In this document: in pieces, positions 61,985 through 64,000 of the stretch
How the letters are laid out: each line of letters begins with the position of its first letter
Position numbering within the stretch: the first letter of the stretch is position 1
Origin: Octopus sinensis
Taxonomy: Eukaryota
Assembly (NCBI RefSeq): GCF_006345805.1
Contig: NC_043011.1
Location: forward strand, 60,586,464 to 60,650,463
DNA length: 64,000 nt
Reading direction: 5' to 3'
Program-made: the position numbers and the translations under genes
Notes under the pieces: model-generated
Seen by the model: only the letters and a program-made list of their open reading frames with translations
Database searches by the model: none
Told to the model about the DNA's origin: nothing

Positions 61985-62362
61985 AGGAGTGGCTGTGTGG
62001 GAAGTAGCTTGCTTACTATCCACATGGTTCCGGGTTCAGTCCACTGCATGGCACCATAGGCAAGTGTCTTCTATTAGAGCCTCGGGTCAACCAAAGCTTT
62101 GTGAGTGGGTTTGGTAAATGGAAACTGAAAGAAGCTCATTGTATATATATGTGTGTGTGTGGTTGTAAATGTGTTTGTGTTTGTTCCCACCACCATCTCT
62201 TGACAACCGATGCTGGTGTGTTTTTGTCCCCATAACTTAACGATTCGGCAACATTGACCAACAGAATAAGGTACTAGGCTTACAAAGAACAAGTCCAGGA
62301 ATCGATTTCTTCAACTAAAGGCAGTGCTCCAACATGGCCGCAGTCAAATGACTGAAACAAAT
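61985..62362 (+). mobile_element. SINE family B, full length
   Basis: Head to tail present. Confidence 0.85.
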
Positions 62363-62504
62363 AAAATCATAGAAGTACACACACATACACACACAGTCAC
62401 ACACACACACACATATCTATATGTATACATATTTATTTATATGTTCATGTGTGTGTGTGTGTGTATAGGAGCACTTCATTGGTCACAGCGACGAGAGTTC
62501 CAGT

Positions 62505-62795
62505 TGATCCGATCAACGGAACAGCTTTCTCGTGGAATTAACGTGCAAGTGGCTGAGTACTCCACAGACACACGTACCCCTTTACATACTTCTCGTGAAG
62601 ATCCAGCATGACATAAGATGTGACAAGGCTGGCCCCTTTGAATTACAGGTACAACTTATTTTTGCCAGTTGAGTGGACTGGAGCAACATGAAATAAAGTG
62701 TCTGGCTCAAGGACATAATGCATCACCAGGAATTGAACTCACAACCTTACGATCGTGAGTCGAATGCCCTAACCACAAAGCCACGCACCTTCACC
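62505..62795 (-). mobile_element. tRNA-derived SINE (family D group)
   Basis: Head tggctttgtgg...gagttcaattcc; homologous to 7520-7800. Confidence 0.85.
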
Positions 62796-62989
62796 GTGTG
62801 TGTATATACATAGGTATGGTGATGCAGACAGGAAAAATAGAAGTGCAAATAGTAGGAGTGTACAGTTTTATTAATATTTATCAGAAGCAATGGAGTGACA
62901 CAAGGGACAAGAGTTTTCTGTGCAGTGGCACAACACACAAGGCTCTTGGCTCTTAAGTCATGCTATTGCTTCTGCTGATAGGGGGGAGG

Positions 62990-63505
62990 GGAGGAGGCAG
63001 AGAGGGGGAGATAGAGAGAGAGACAGGAGAGAGGGGGAGATGGGGGAGAAGGAGAGGAGAGAGGGGATAGAGAGGAGTGACGGAGAGAGAGGGGGAAAAG
63101 AGAGAGAGGCAGAGAGGGGGAGATAGAGAGAGGAGACAGGAGAGAGAGGGAAGGGAGGAAGGGGTGAGAGGGGATAGAGAGGAGTGACGGAGAGAGAGAA
63201 GAGAGAGGAGGGGGGGATAGAGAGGAGTGAGAGAGAGAAAAAGGGGGAAAAGAGAGAGAGAGAGAGGCAGAGAGGGGGAGATAGAGAGAGGACACAGGAG
63301 AGAGGGGGAGAGGTGGGAGAAGGAGGGGAGAGAGGGGATAGAGAGGAGTGACGGAGAGAGAGGGGGAAAAGAGAGAGAGGCAGAGAGGGGGAGATAGAGA
63401 GAGGAGACAGGAGAGAGAGGGAAGGGAGGAAGGGGTGAGAGGGGATAGAGAGGAGTGAGAGAGAGAGAGGGGGGAACAGAGAGAGAGAGTGAAAGAGAGA
63501 GAATA
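62990..63505. repeat. Polypurine tract with ~270-bp higher-order repeat
   Basis: ggcagagaggggg anchors at 62996, 63108, 63266, 63379 define an A-B-A-B arrangement. Confidence 0.85.
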
Positions 63506-63923
63506 AACAATGAAATATGTTTGTGTGTATGTGAAGACTCCTATCTAAGCATAGACACAATTCTCAAGATGTTTTTGCTCTTCTCATTCGAGAGAAAGAT
63601 ATTCCACTTGACCGTTTAATCTACTGCATACATTATGCATTCAGTTCAGAAATGACAACCACCCCTCCACAAAAAAAAAAAAAACTGCCAAAAACCATTT
63701 ATAATAATCACTTTACACGCACCTAACAACAAATATGAAAAGTTAAAACATCTACATTGCAACACATTTAATAGTTTGTTAGAGAGAACAGGATATCCAA
63801 TTAGAAATATAAACCATTTCATATTCCCGGTAGCACCACCACACACATACATAATGTGTTTCACGTGTAATACCAATCAGTACCCAGCACCCACAGGAAG
63901 AAATGTTCAGAACTCAGATTTAC

Positions 63924-63985
63924 TCTCTTCAAACACACTACAACCCTCTCCACCAACCAAGTTTTCAAATGTTCTTTCTGTTTAA
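63924..63985 (-). CDS. Candidate 62-nt internal exon
   Basis: Acceptor tttcgtttttcttag, donor AGA|GTAAAT; single open frame KQKEHLKTWLVERVVVCLKR, phase 0 out. Confidence 0.3.
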
Positions 63986-64000
63986 CTAAGAAAAACGAAA

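Noticed and set aside
1057-62049. Numerous YI/CV/HT-repeat ORFs in the ORF track
   Set aside because: Translations of (TA)n, (TG)n and (CA)n microsatellites.

Overview
AT-rich, repeat-saturated eukaryotic DNA, intronic or intergenic in character. The SINE and MITE families look like those of octopod cephalopods (pattern recognition, not a database result). No long protein-coding ORF and no gene I can name. Almost all ORF-track entries are microsatellite or SINE artefacts; only a few low-confidence short exon candidates remain. The window is a nested mosaic of dozens of tRNA-derived SINE copies (families labelled A-D here; only representative copies are listed), retrotransposon remnants (Penelope-like/PLE, RTE, CR1, R4/Dong), two complete non-autonomous Helitrons, a Helentron/HINE-like element, piggyBac-, hAT- and mariner-type MITEs, microsatellites, a 2.1 kb 38-bp satellite and a 100-N gap. 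The most notable signal is about a dozen type-I hammerhead ribozyme motifs on both strands: three canonical (10691-10768 +, 11749-11832 -, 35967-36061 +), two near-canonical, the rest decayed. One sits directly downstream of a recognisable PLE GIY-YIG endonuclease C-terminus. All intact ones have a minimal, self-complementary stem III, with a different palindrome in each family. Other highlights: a ~97-bp fold-back palindrome made from a ribozyme 3' half, a satellite that appears to have arisen inside a SINE, a dimeric SINE with a fixed junction, and an R4/Dong remnant between (TAA)n tracts.
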